IMG/VR virus record: IMGVR_UViG_3300008113_000673
Location: 1-29,410 of that record
Length of the DNA stretch: 29,410 bases
DNA from: a virus
Taxonomy: Duplodnaviria > Caudoviricetes
Strand: one strand, 5' to 3'
In this document: piece by piece, positions 8,047-15,285 of the stretch
Numbering within the stretch: position 1 is the stretch's first letter
How the letters are laid out: each line of letters begins with the position of its first letter
Program-made: the position numbers and the translations under genes
Notes under the pieces: model-generated
The model's database searches: none
What the model saw: the letters and a program-made list of their open reading frames with translations, nothing else
What the model was told of the DNA's origin: nothing

Positions 8047-8509
8047 ACATTGCACTCACACTTTCAGAAAAATCATCAACACGCACGTATGGAAACACAA
8101 ACCACACCTACGTACCTATAGGTTTCGGTGTAGATCCTGCGGACATCGCTGGAACGTTTACTTCGACAAGGTTGCTAACAAAGAGGTGCAGTTGTCGCTG
8201 CGGGAGCTGCCGGTCAACCGCCGCAGGATGACACCTAAGGAGGTGAAGATGATCTTGGAGGATTGGCGTTTTGATGACACCTTGGCTGAGGCGTTAGGTA
8301 TTTCGCGCCAGTCGGTTCATTCGATTCGGACTGGGCGGACGTACAAGGAAATGTTTCCTGAGATTCCGCGTCGTCGGTTAAAGCAGCGCCAGCAAGAGGG
8401 TAACGGCTGCGTCGCTTGTAAGCACTGGCATGGTGATTACTGCGATCTCGGCATACCTGAAGGCGGTGAGGCTGGATTCTTTAGAGAGTGTTCTTGCTTT
8501 TCAGAGTGA
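8039..8509 (+). CDS. Zn-ribbon + HTH + Cys4 domain protein
   Basis: CRSCGHRW; LAEALGISRQSVHSIRTGRTYK; CVACKHW...CDLGIPEGG...C. Confidence 0.7.
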   Translation: MAEHCTHTFRKIINTHVWKHKPHLRTYRFRCRSCGHRWNVYFDKVANKEVQLSLRELPVNRRRMTPKEVKMILEDWRFDDTLAEALGISRQSVHSIRTGRTYKEMFPEIPRRRLKQRQQEGNGCVACKHWHGDYCDLGIPEGGEAGFFRECSCFSE

Positions 8510-8784
8510 TGGCAGTTTCGATCAACAGCAGGCCGTGCCAGCAGTGCGGTAAGCACACCACTAATGCAGTGCTTTGTATGAGGTGTTATCGCTCCAGTGC
8601 GGCAGGGTTAGAAGAGATTCGCGGGGAACGGTTGCGTCAGAGTTACAAGCCCCAGTCGGATGGTGGTCCGTGCAGGAACTGCGTGCACTGGAAGGCGCGG
8701 TGTTTCCTCGGGTTTCCCGAGGGTGGGACACTCGCGGCGGCGGTGCTCTGTTCTGCCAGGGAGGTTGACAGCCTGCTAGAGTAG
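8509..8784 (+). CDS. Cys-rich protein (Zn finger + Cys4 PEGG domain)
   Basis: TGATG coupling; CQQC...CMRC and CRNCVHW..RCFLGFPEGG...C. Confidence 0.7.
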   Translation: MAVSINSRPCQQCGKHTTNAVLCMRCYRSSAAGLEEIRGERLRQSYKPQSDGGPCRNCVHWKARCFLGFPEGGTLAAAVLCSAREVDSLLE

Positions 8785-8809
8785 TAGGGTACAAGTTGCC
8801 CTACCAGGC

Positions 8810-10636
8810 ATGACAATCCTCCAAGGCATTGAGCACCTCCACACGCTCGATGACGCTTCCTTTGTTGCGTTTGACGTTGAGACCACCGGGCTCCAGCCGA
8901 AGTTTGGTGGTCTCCGTCTTTTGCAGTTGGCGACTTTCGGTAAGCCTCCAGTAGTGCTTGATTGCTGGAGTTTCAGCGACGAAGACTGGATCACGCTTGA
9001 AGAGTTCTGCTGCGTTTCGCGGCAGTGGCTGGCGCACAACGCGGTGTTTGATCTCGGGTGGTTGCAGGAGCACGAGATTTACCCGGAGGGCAAGATTTAC
9101 TGTTCGATGCTGGCCAGTCGGATCTTGACGAATGGGCTGCCGAACTTGAAGCACGGGCTCCAGCATGTGGTGCATCGCTACCTCGGCCAAGATATTTCTA
9201 AGGAAGAGCAGCGAAGTGATTGGTCGGGTGATTTGCGCGTGGAGCAGATCGAATACGCAGCTAAAGATGTGGTGGTGTTGACCCAGCTGTGGGAACAAAT
9301 CACGAAGCGGATGGCGACTGGCGCGTTAATGCCAGCGTGGGACCTTGAGTGCAAGGCGCTTCCGGCAATGGCGCAGCTTTGGCGTACAGGATTGCCGTTC
9401 GATAAGAAAATGCTGGAGCAACTGATTGAAGACTTAGACATTGAAAACGTCGAAGTCGGTGAAAAGTTTATCGAGGACTTTGATGCAGCGCTTCCGCCAG
9501 AGCACAAGCTGTACCGAGGGCTTGATGGGAAGTTGTTGTACCAGACAAAGCCGGGACCGAAGGGTAAGAAGGTGGATCCCAATGTTTTTAACCTCAATAG
9601 TCCTGCGCAGTTACTTAAAAAGTTCACTGCTTTGTTGGGTGAGCCGCCGATGGATATGAAGAACAACAAACCTAGTGCCAGTCGTTCTGCACTCCAGGAG
9701 TACGTGGGTGATCACAAGGTTGTGGCAAATTACTTGCGGTGGAAAAAAATAGAAAAGCGTAGGCAGATGGCGGAAACTTTGCTGAAGAATTATTCGGTAG
9801 ATGGGTTTATTCGTGCCAGCTACATGCAGCTTGGGGCTGATACCGGGCGTATGTCGTGCATTTCGCCGAACCTCCAGCAGGTGCCAAGGGATCCACGGTT
9901 TAGGGCTGCGGTGCAGGCTCCAGCTGGTTGGAAATTGGTTGTTGCGGACTACGGGCAGATGGAGTTGCGGCTTGCGGCAGCAGAAGCACAGGATGCCTTA
10001 ATGACTCAAGTGTTCCAGCGAGGGGAAGACCTTCATACGATGACGGCTGTGCAGATTTATGGGGTAGAGCCGGGTGATGTTACGAAAGAGCAGCGGCAAA
10101 TTGCAAAATCGGCAAACTTCGGATTGTTATACGGAAGTGGGGCAAAAGGACTCAGAAACTACGCAGCAGCGACCGGAATCCAGATGGATCTTGCTGAGGC
10201 TGCGGAAGTGCGGGAAAAGTTCCACGTTGCATATAAGGGCATCTCCCAATGGCAGCGCAAAAATGCTGCAGCTGCTGATGCGGCTAAGAACAATCCATCT
10301 ATCCGCATACGCATCTCGGGCTTGCGGCGGTTTCTACCGGGTGAGCACAACAAACTCACTACCCGTTGCAACACCCCAATCCAAGGGGCTGGTGCAGCAG
10401 TCCTCAAACTTACTCTCGGCAAACTGTGGCCGTTACTTCACGCCGACGGGGAAGATGTTGTGCGCTTGGCCGGCGTGGTGCATGACGAGATCATCCTGCT
10501 CGTCGCAGAAGAACACGCAGACACCTGGGCGCTCCAGCTGCAAACTGTGATGGAGGAAGCTGAAGCTCGTTGGTTGGGTGATATTCCGCCGCTTGCTGAG
10601 GCTAAGGTCGGGGATAGCTGGCAAGAGGCCAAGTGA
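8810..10636 (+). CDS. polA: DNA polymerase family A with 3'-5' exonuclease
   Basis: ExoI FDVETTG, ExoII HNAVFD, ExoIII YAAKD; TGRMSCISPNLQQVP; motif A DYGQMELR; motif B RQIAKSANFGLLYG; motif C VHDE. Confidence 0.96.
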   Translation: MTILQGIEHLHTLDDASFVAFDVETTGLQPKFGGLRLLQLATFGKPPVVLDCWSFSDEDWITLEEFCCVSRQWLAHNAVFDLGWLQEHEIYPEGKIYCSMLASRILTNGLPNLKHGLQHVVHRYLGQDISKEEQRSDWSGDLRVEQIEYAAKDVVVLTQLWEQITKRMATGALMPAWDLECKALPAMAQLWRTGLPFDKKMLEQLIEDLDIENVEVGEKFIEDFDAALPPEHKLYRGLDGKLLYQTKPGPKGKKVDPNVFNLNSPAQLLKKFTALLGEPPMDMKNNKPSASRSALQEYVGDHKVVANYLRWKKIEKRRQMAETLLKNYSVDGFIRASYMQLGADTGRMSCISPNLQQVPRDPRFRAAVQAPAGWKLVVADYGQMELRLAAAEAQDALMTQVFQRGEDLHTMTAVQIYGVEPGDVTKEQRQIAKSANFGLLYGSGAKGLRNYAAATGIQMDLAEAAEVREKFHVAYKGISQWQRKNAAAADAAKNNPSIRIRISGLRRFLPGEHNKLTTRCNTPIQGAGAAVLKLTLGKLWPLLHADGEDVVRLAGVVHDEIILLVAEEHADTWALQLQTVMEEAEARWLGDIPPLAEAKVGDSWQEAK

Positions 10637-10803
10637 TCCAAGAGGATTTTGAGTACCGCGTTCGGATGCACGCGCGTCACGGTGGTACTCACGATCTGTT
10701 CATCGTCGCTCCAGATGCTTTCTCCGCGAGGATGAAGGCACTGGAGCTTTGTCCTGATGACCGCCCACAATCAATTCTGCGAGTCTCAGATTTAGTCTTA
10801 TGA
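10633..10803 (+). CDS. Small hypothetical protein, 56 aa
   Basis: Not in ORF track. GTGA and ATGA coupling at both ends; MIQEDFEYRVRMHARHGGTHDLFIVAPDAFSARMKALELCPDDRPQSILRVSDLVL. Confidence 0.65.
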   Translation: MIQEDFEYRVRMHARHGGTHDLFIVAPDAFSARMKALELCPDDRPQSILRVSDLVL

Positions 10804-11009
10804 GTCGCGCCCGCACGGGAAGAGAGTTGGTAATGGAGTGGCTCCAGCGGGAGATTCGGCTAGCGAAAACGGCGGATTTGCAGCGGGCTGCAGCTTTTTT
10901 GGAGTGGGCGCGGGATATTCGGAAGGGTTGCTCCAAGCAGAGGGGTGGGGCGCGGGTGGCGCAGTCCAATGCGTGGAGGAAACGCGTGGATGACGATGTG
11001 CGGTGGTAA
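10800..11009 (+). CDS. Small basic hypothetical protein
   Basis: 69 aa, ATGA-coupled. Confidence 0.65.
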   Translation: MSRARTGRELVMEWLQREIRLAKTADLQRAAAFLEWARDIRKGCSKQRGGARVAQSNAWRKRVDDDVRW

Positions 11010-11015
11010 ATTTTT

Positions 11016-11044
11016 AGGGCTGCGGCGCGTCAACGCCCAGCCCT
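11016..11044 (+). promoter_or_regulatory. Leader hairpin of HNH-AP2 gene
   Basis: AGGGCTG-c-GGCG-cgtcaa-CGCC-CAGCCCT, directly after TG-g-TAAATT (11004-11012). Confidence 0.55.
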
Positions 11045-11066
11045 CGACCACCTGTTGCCCCAGGCG

Positions 11067-11588
11067 ATGCCTAAGTGTAAACCGCTGCCTCCGCTGGAAG
11101 TGCTGAACCGCTGGTTTGAGCTGGACCGCTCAACCGGAAAGCTTTACTGGAAAGAAAAATCCGGCTCAAAAATTCGCATTGGCGATGAGGCGGGCGCGAT
11201 TATGAAGCTAACTTCAGGCCATAAGCGGTGCGTAATAAAAGTGCCGGGTTACGGCCCGGGGCACTTTTACAGATATAGGCTCATCTGGAAAATGGTCTAT
11301 GGAATGGACCCGGCTTCCAACGCTATCGATCATCTTGACCAAGACAGCCTTAACGACCGTCCGGAAAACTTGGTAGATGGCGGTAAATCGTGGAATGGCC
11401 GTAACAAAGCTATTACGGCTAAAAGCGGTTACCGGGGCGTCATTGCCATGAACGGCCGCTGGCGAGTCTCGTACACGGACCATGGAAAAAGCGTGTACGT
11501 CGGCACTTACGACACAGTTGAGCAAGCTGCTGAGGCTTACGAAAAAGCTCGGCAGCGTCTGTGCCCGCTCCAAGGTGATACAGTGTAG
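11067..11588 (+). CDS. HNH homing endonuclease with C-terminal AP2 domain
   Basis: YRLIWKMVYG..P..IDHLDQDSLNDRPENL (HNH_3-like); SGYRGV..NGRWRVS....SVYVGTYDTVEQAAEAY (AP2). Confidence 0.85.
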   Translation: MPKCKPLPPLEVLNRWFELDRSTGKLYWKEKSGSKIRIGDEAGAIMKLTSGHKRCVIKVPGYGPGHFYRYRLIWKMVYGMDPASNAIDHLDQDSLNDRPENLVDGGKSWNGRNKAITAKSGYRGVIAMNGRWRVSYTDHGKSVYVGTYDTVEQAAEAYEKARQRLCPLQGDTV

Positions 11589-11627
11589 ACTACTGAAGTA
11601 CAGCACAACCCGGAGTTGTTTTTACAA

Positions 11628-11897
11628 ATGCCGCTAAATCACGGAAATAAATATTATTGCCAGCTGCTGATTGATCCGAATCGCTACAAGCTGGCGGAGA
11701 ATCTTGCGTCTCAGGAAGGGAAGAAAGTTACGGCGTACTTGCGGGAGCTGGTTTACGCGGGGTTGGCTTTGCGGTCAGGGGAATACAAGAGCGCTCAGGA
11801 AGCGGATGAGCAGGCTTGGAAAGAGTCGGTGAAGCGGCGGGTTGAGGGAAGGATGCGCTCCAAGCAAGAAGGCAAAGTGTCAGAAACTGACGCATGA
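11628..11897 (+). CDS. Ribbon-helix-helix-like small DNA-binding protein
   Basis: YCQLLIDPNRYKLAENLASQEGKKVTAYLRELV strand-helix-helix pattern. Confidence 0.55.
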   Translation: MPLNHGNKYYCQLLIDPNRYKLAENLASQEGKKVTAYLRELVYAGLALRSGEYKSAQEADEQAWKESVKRRVEGRMRSKQEGKVSETDA

Positions 11898-11974
11898 GAC
11901 TCAGTTAATTTCCGTTACAGTGCCAGCGGCACTGTAAAAGTGCACTACAGTCTCACAGTACACGCACAGGAGCG

Positions 11975-12190
11975 ATGACTCGCTACGTGGTTATGGCCGG
12001 GGACCGTTGGGTCACGGCGGTCTACGGACCAGGTAATGGCATCGGATTAACAGCAACAAAAGAAGATGCATCAAGCTGGGTCACTTATGAAAAAGCTGTC
12101 GCTGCGGCGCGAGCTGTTGCTGAGTGCACTAACAGTCTTGTTGCTGTTCATAGCGTCAATGAACCCACCTATCCCCAATCATGGAAGTAG
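11975..12190 (+). CDS. Hypothetical phage protein
   Basis: AGGAG SD; 71 aa. Confidence 0.7.
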   Translation: MTRYVVMAGDRWVTAVYGPGNGIGLTATKEDASSWVTYEKAVAAARAVAECTNSLVAVHSVNEPTYPQSWK

Positions 12191-12504
12191 TGCCGTTTCA
12201 GGAGCAGCCGGATCCCGAACTGAGACTCGGTGAGGGTCGCTCGCGTACCAGTGCAGCAGATACGCAGCTGTTTGAGCTGACCATCTGGTTACCGGGTCAG
12301 GGCGCCATGCGGGATTTGGTGCGGGCGGAGTCGCTTAAGCAGGCGATTGAGTTTGCGCAGAATCGTTACCCGAACTGCAAGGTGGAGGTGCCGTCAAGGG
12401 CGGCGAAGAAACCTATGCTGGCTCGTGCCAAAAACGGGCCGCGTGAATCAGCGCGGCGCCGTCTCAAACTCGTGGAGAAAAAGCGTGAGCAAGCAGATTC
12501 CTGA
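12181..12504 (+). CDS. Hypothetical phage protein
   Basis: 107 aa, overlaps neighbours operon-style. Confidence 0.65.
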   Translation: MEVVPFQEQPDPELRLGEGRSRTSAADTQLFELTIWLPGQGAMRDLVRAESLKQAIEFAQNRYPNCKVEVPSRAAKKPMLARAKNGPRESARRRLKLVEKKREQADS

Positions 12505-12655
12505 TTGGGCGCAGCATAGTTGGGGTCGCGTCATCGTGGATCAAAACCGCACTGATCTCCTCGAACAGCTGTACCAGTGGGATGGACGTTCCAATCCTGA
12601 ACATCCCTACCATCACACCTACACAGGTTTGTACCAGAAGTACAGCCAGCGTTAG
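12485..12655 (+). CDS. Small phage protein (DGR..PEHP.H.TYTGLY type)
   Basis: 3' part of ORF 12347..12655; GTG start at 12485 with GGAG upstream. Confidence 0.6.
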   Translation: MSKQIPDWAQHSWGRVIVDQNRTDLLEQLYQWDGRSNPEHPYHHTYTGLYQKYSQR

Positions 12656-12873
12656 GCGGAATCGCGGTCTAGACCGAACTGATCGGCCAGGTTATCTGCA
12701 GCTTCGCGGATAGCCCAGGCCGATTTTGTGCGTTCCAGCTGGTGGAGCGTGTTCAGGACAAGGGCGGCTTCAAGCAGGCCGCGATAGTCCTGTTTGTTGA
12801 ACAGACTGACTAGCCACTGGTCCGTGGCGGCCTTGTGGAAACTGGATTCGGCGCTCTGTTCGATGGGGCGCAT
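12652..12873 (-). CDS. Hypothetical protein, last gene of late block
   Basis: 73 aa, starts immediately after the endolysin stop. Confidence 0.65.
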   Translation of the reverse strand: MRPIEQSAESSFHKAATDQWLVSLFNKQDYRGLLEAALVLNTLHQLERTKSAWAIREAADNLADQFGLDRDSA

Positions 12874-12875
12874 GA

Positions 12876-14003
12876 TTAGCCTCGGCGGATACGCATGAAC
12901 CAGCCGGTGTCGTTGCCTTCAATGAGCCAGCGAGGTAGCCAGTTCCGGCGTGAGTATGCAATACCGGCGCCGCCTTTGTTGCTTACATAGCCACCGTTGA
13001 GCAGATCTGCCTCACCGAACGGATCGTTGTGGATGAAGTGCGTCGGTGTATATCCCACCACGACGGTCCAGTGGCCCGTACCGCTGGGGTTTGATACCAA
13101 GCCTTTGTGGAGCCAGCCGACTGGGACGGGGTGGCCGTTGGCGATTTCGGTTTCCAAGTCCTCGACTGTGCCATCCATCTCAAAGGTGGCGGTTAGTCCC
13201 AGTGCTTTGAGGGCTGCGATTTGTGCTTTGGGGTCGGTGGTGTCGCCGAAGCGGGCGCGGAGTTTGTTGTATTCGTAGTCCCCCGAAATCTTCCCGTAAT
13301 AGCGGGCCACCATCGCACAGCTGGAGCTGAAGCACTGGCGGTATCCCTTAGCGCCGTCGTCCGTTCCCAGTTGATATTCGTAGGGAACTTTCAGAAGCTT
13401 TTCGTTTGGTGGGACAACAGGCTTTGTTCCAGCGTGCTGTTCCATCAGCTGGATCAGTTTTCCTGGGTAGTTGGGGTCGGTTGCGTAACCTTGTTTATGT
13501 AGCCATTTTGCGGCTTCCTCGCGGGTGGTGGCGTTATTGCAGCCTTTGTATGCTTTGTAGTCCTTGTACCAGTGGTCGACAAGATACATCACGCAGGACA
13601 GTAAATCGGGGAAGTCGATAAAACTGTCGGTGATTGTGACCCACTGATTGTTGATAAATTCTTGGGTTTTCTTATCGCTGCCTTCACCCTTAAGGCCGAA
13701 AAAGTTGTTTCTACCTGAAACCAGTTTTCCGTAGCTTGATTCGAGTGCCCATTGGGCGGCTACTAGTTCTGGGAATTTGGCGCCAGCGACGCGGGCGGCT
13801 TCAAGCACACCTTCCCAGCTGTTGGGGAAGCTGGTTTGTTTGCCCGCGACGGCCCAGGTCTTGAACCAGCCTTGGTCGCGGCCCAAGATGTGCGGATTGG
13901 CTTTTTTGATGGCCTGCTCCAGCTCAGTAAGGGCTGCCATCTGGTGCGGCAGCCCCTTGTAGAACCGGAATAGGTCGATCAATCGGATTGCGTTTTGCGC
14001 CAT
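12876..14003 (-). CDS. Endolysin: N-terminal domain + GH73 glucosaminidase + C39-like cysteine peptidase
   Basis: AAQWALESSYG, NNFFGLKG, YATDPNY (GH73); QCFSSSCAM, GHWTVVVGY, HNDPFG (C39-like Cys-His-Asp). Confidence 0.88.
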   Translation of the reverse strand: MAQNAIRLIDLFRFYKGLPHQMAALTELEQAIKKANPHILGRDQGWFKTWAVAGKQTSFPNSWEGVLEAARVAGAKFPELVAAQWALESSYGKLVSGRNNFFGLKGEGSDKKTQEFINNQWVTITDSFIDFPDLLSCVMYLVDHWYKDYKAYKGCNNATTREEAAKWLHKQGYATDPNYPGKLIQLMEQHAGTKPVVPPNEKLLKVPYEYQLGTDDGAKGYRQCFSSSCAMVARYYGKISGDYEYNKLRARFGDTTDPKAQIAALKALGLTATFEMDGTVEDLETEIANGHPVPVGWLHKGLVSNPSGTGHWTVVVGYTPTHFIHNDPFGEADLLNGGYVSNKGGAGIAYSRRNWLPRWLIEGNDTGWFMRIRRG

Positions 14004-14029
14004 TGCCGCCTACCGCGTTTTTGTTTGGG

Positions 14030-14065
14030 GCGCCGCTGTTTTGGAGCGGCGCTTAGCGCTTTGGG
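14030..14065 (-). other. Candidate -1 ribosomal frameshift signal in holin-like gene
   Basis: In-frame C CCA AAG heptamer (14059-65), 6-nt spacer, GCGCCGCT/AGCGGCGC hairpin. Confidence 0.55.
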
Positions 14066-14193
14066 AATAAAGCCTTGCCGACAAGCAGCAGCGCTTGGAT
14101 GATCCCGTTTGCCCGAATCTTTGGGTACAGGCTGAGGGCTTCTGAGATTGCCGCCACAGCAATAGCAATCGCGGCAGCAGTGGTGGGATCCAT
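14053..14193 (-). CDS. Holin-like small membrane protein, 46 aa
   Basis: Not in ORF track. MDPTTAAAIAIAVAAISEALSLYPKIRANGIIQALLLVGKALFPKR, immediately upstream of endolysin. Confidence 0.7.
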   Translation of the reverse strand: MDPTTAAAIAIAVAAISEALSLYPKIRANGIIQALLLVGKALFPKR

Positions 14194-14292
14194 GCGGAAT
14201 CAGGAGTCTGTAGGAAGTTTAGCTGTAGTAGAGAAGAGTTCCTACGCACGTAATAGTTTCTACCGCTACATTCCGGGTAGCCACTGCTGGGT

Positions 14293-14613
14293 ATGGACCA
14301 TCGCATAGAAGATGGCCAATACTTAAACAAAAAAGAAGCAAAAGCAAGATTTAGGCAATCAATCCTTAACCATTGGAATAATTCCTGCGCTTATTGCGGG
14401 GTAGACCTGGGGCGTTCTGCCACTCTCGATCATGTTCATCCAAAATTTCGCGGTGGGCATACGCACCAGCAAAACTTGGTGGCCTGCTGTTTTGCGTGCA
14501 ATATCTCGAAATCGGCGGCGGATTGGCTGGAGTGGTACAGGGACCAGCCGTTCTGGGAACCGCACCGGGAGGACGCGATTATTGCGTGGATTACTGAGGG
14601 GCTTGTTGCTTAG
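14293..14613 (+). CDS. HNH endonuclease (zinc-binding McrA/HNH_5 type)
   Basis: CAYCG...TLDHVHPKFRGG...NLVACCFACNISK. Confidence 0.9.
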   Translation: MDHRIEDGQYLNKKEAKARFRQSILNHWNNSCAYCGVDLGRSATLDHVHPKFRGGHTHQQNLVACCFACNISKSAADWLEWYRDQPFWEPHREDAIIAWITEGLVA

Positions 14614-14776
14614 GGTCCCAGCCCATGCCTTCGAGATACATCATTGCGATGTAGTGGTCTTCTGCGTAGCGGCAGACGCTGCCCTTGCAGGCGCGATAGT
14701 AAAGTTCGCCGCGCTCGTTCTCCAGCTGATCCAGGCTGAAGCCGTTGCCGTAGTCGGTGGTGTTGACGACGCTCAT
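14591..14776 (-). CDS. Hypothetical protein
   Basis: 61 aa; start overlaps the upstream stop. Confidence 0.65.
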   Translation of the reverse strand: MSVVNTTDYGNGFSLDQLENERGELYYRACKGSVCRYAEDHYIAMMYLEGMGWDPKQQAPQ

Positions 14777-15024
14777 TTTTTGGTGCCGACGGTCATTTCA
14801 ATGTGGCGCACTCTGGTTTCGAGATCACTAAGCCTTTCTTTTGAGTCGTTCTTCAGTTCTTGGATATCGGCGGCAACGGTACTGACTGATTGATCCAGCT
14901 TGGCAACTTGCATGAAAAGGCCGCCCAACCCGATGACTGCAGTAGTCAGCAGGGCTGGAACGGCTTGATTAAACGGGTTTTCGGAGGGCTTGGTAGTGAT
15001 TGGCGCCTCTTCGTGGTGATCCAT
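14773..15024 (-). CDS. Membrane-anchored coiled-coil protein (lysis-associated?)
   Basis: TM-like AVPALLTTAVIGLGGLFM followed by heptads VAADIQELKND..RLSDLETRVRHIE. Confidence 0.65.
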   Translation of the reverse strand: MDHHEEAPITTKPSENPFNQAVPALLTTAVIGLGGLFMQVAKLDQSVSTVAADIQELKNDSKERLSDLETRVRHIEMTVGTKK

Positions 15025-15055
15025 TGCGAGGCATACTGCCGACCTTTTCTACAGT

Positions 15056-15190
15056 TTAACGACCTTGCCCCCGTAGCTTTTTACGGCCGTGATTGGGCAG
15101 GCTGTTTTGACCTTGACCTTGGCGGGTCTTTTTGGGTTTGCCGGGTTGGTGCTCGACACGCCCCAGTGCAGTTTTAGATTTGACAGCCAC
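15056..15190 (-). CDS. Small highly basic protein, 44 aa (RGQG type)
   Basis: Not in ORF track. GTG start; MAVKSKTALGRVEHQPGKPKKTRQGQGQNSLPNHGRKKLRGQGR. Confidence 0.65.
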   Translation of the reverse strand: MAVKSKTALGRVEHQPGKPKKTRQGQGQNSLPNHGRKKLRGQGR

Positions 15191-15232
15191 TACAGATCAT
15201 CCGGTGGGTTGATTGCCACTAGACAGTAAGCC

Positions 15233-15260
15233 AAAAAAATACCGGCGCACCAGGCACCGG
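15233..15260 (-). terminator. Intrinsic terminator after tail-fibre block
   Basis: Minus CCGGTGC-ctggt-GCGCCGG-ta-TTTTTTT. Confidence 0.7.
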
Positions 15261-15285
15261 CAAGCACTGCGGCGGTTAGCACGAC

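Noticed and set aside
8810-10636. Modified-base system, or intein/intron in polA
   Set aside because: ORF is continuous with standard motifs; no purZ or other base-modification genes recognised nearby
14010-14330. ORF-track calls 14010..14330 (-) and 14075..14308 (+)
   Set aside because: The 46-aa holin-like frame 14053..14193 fits much better by hydrophobicity and position
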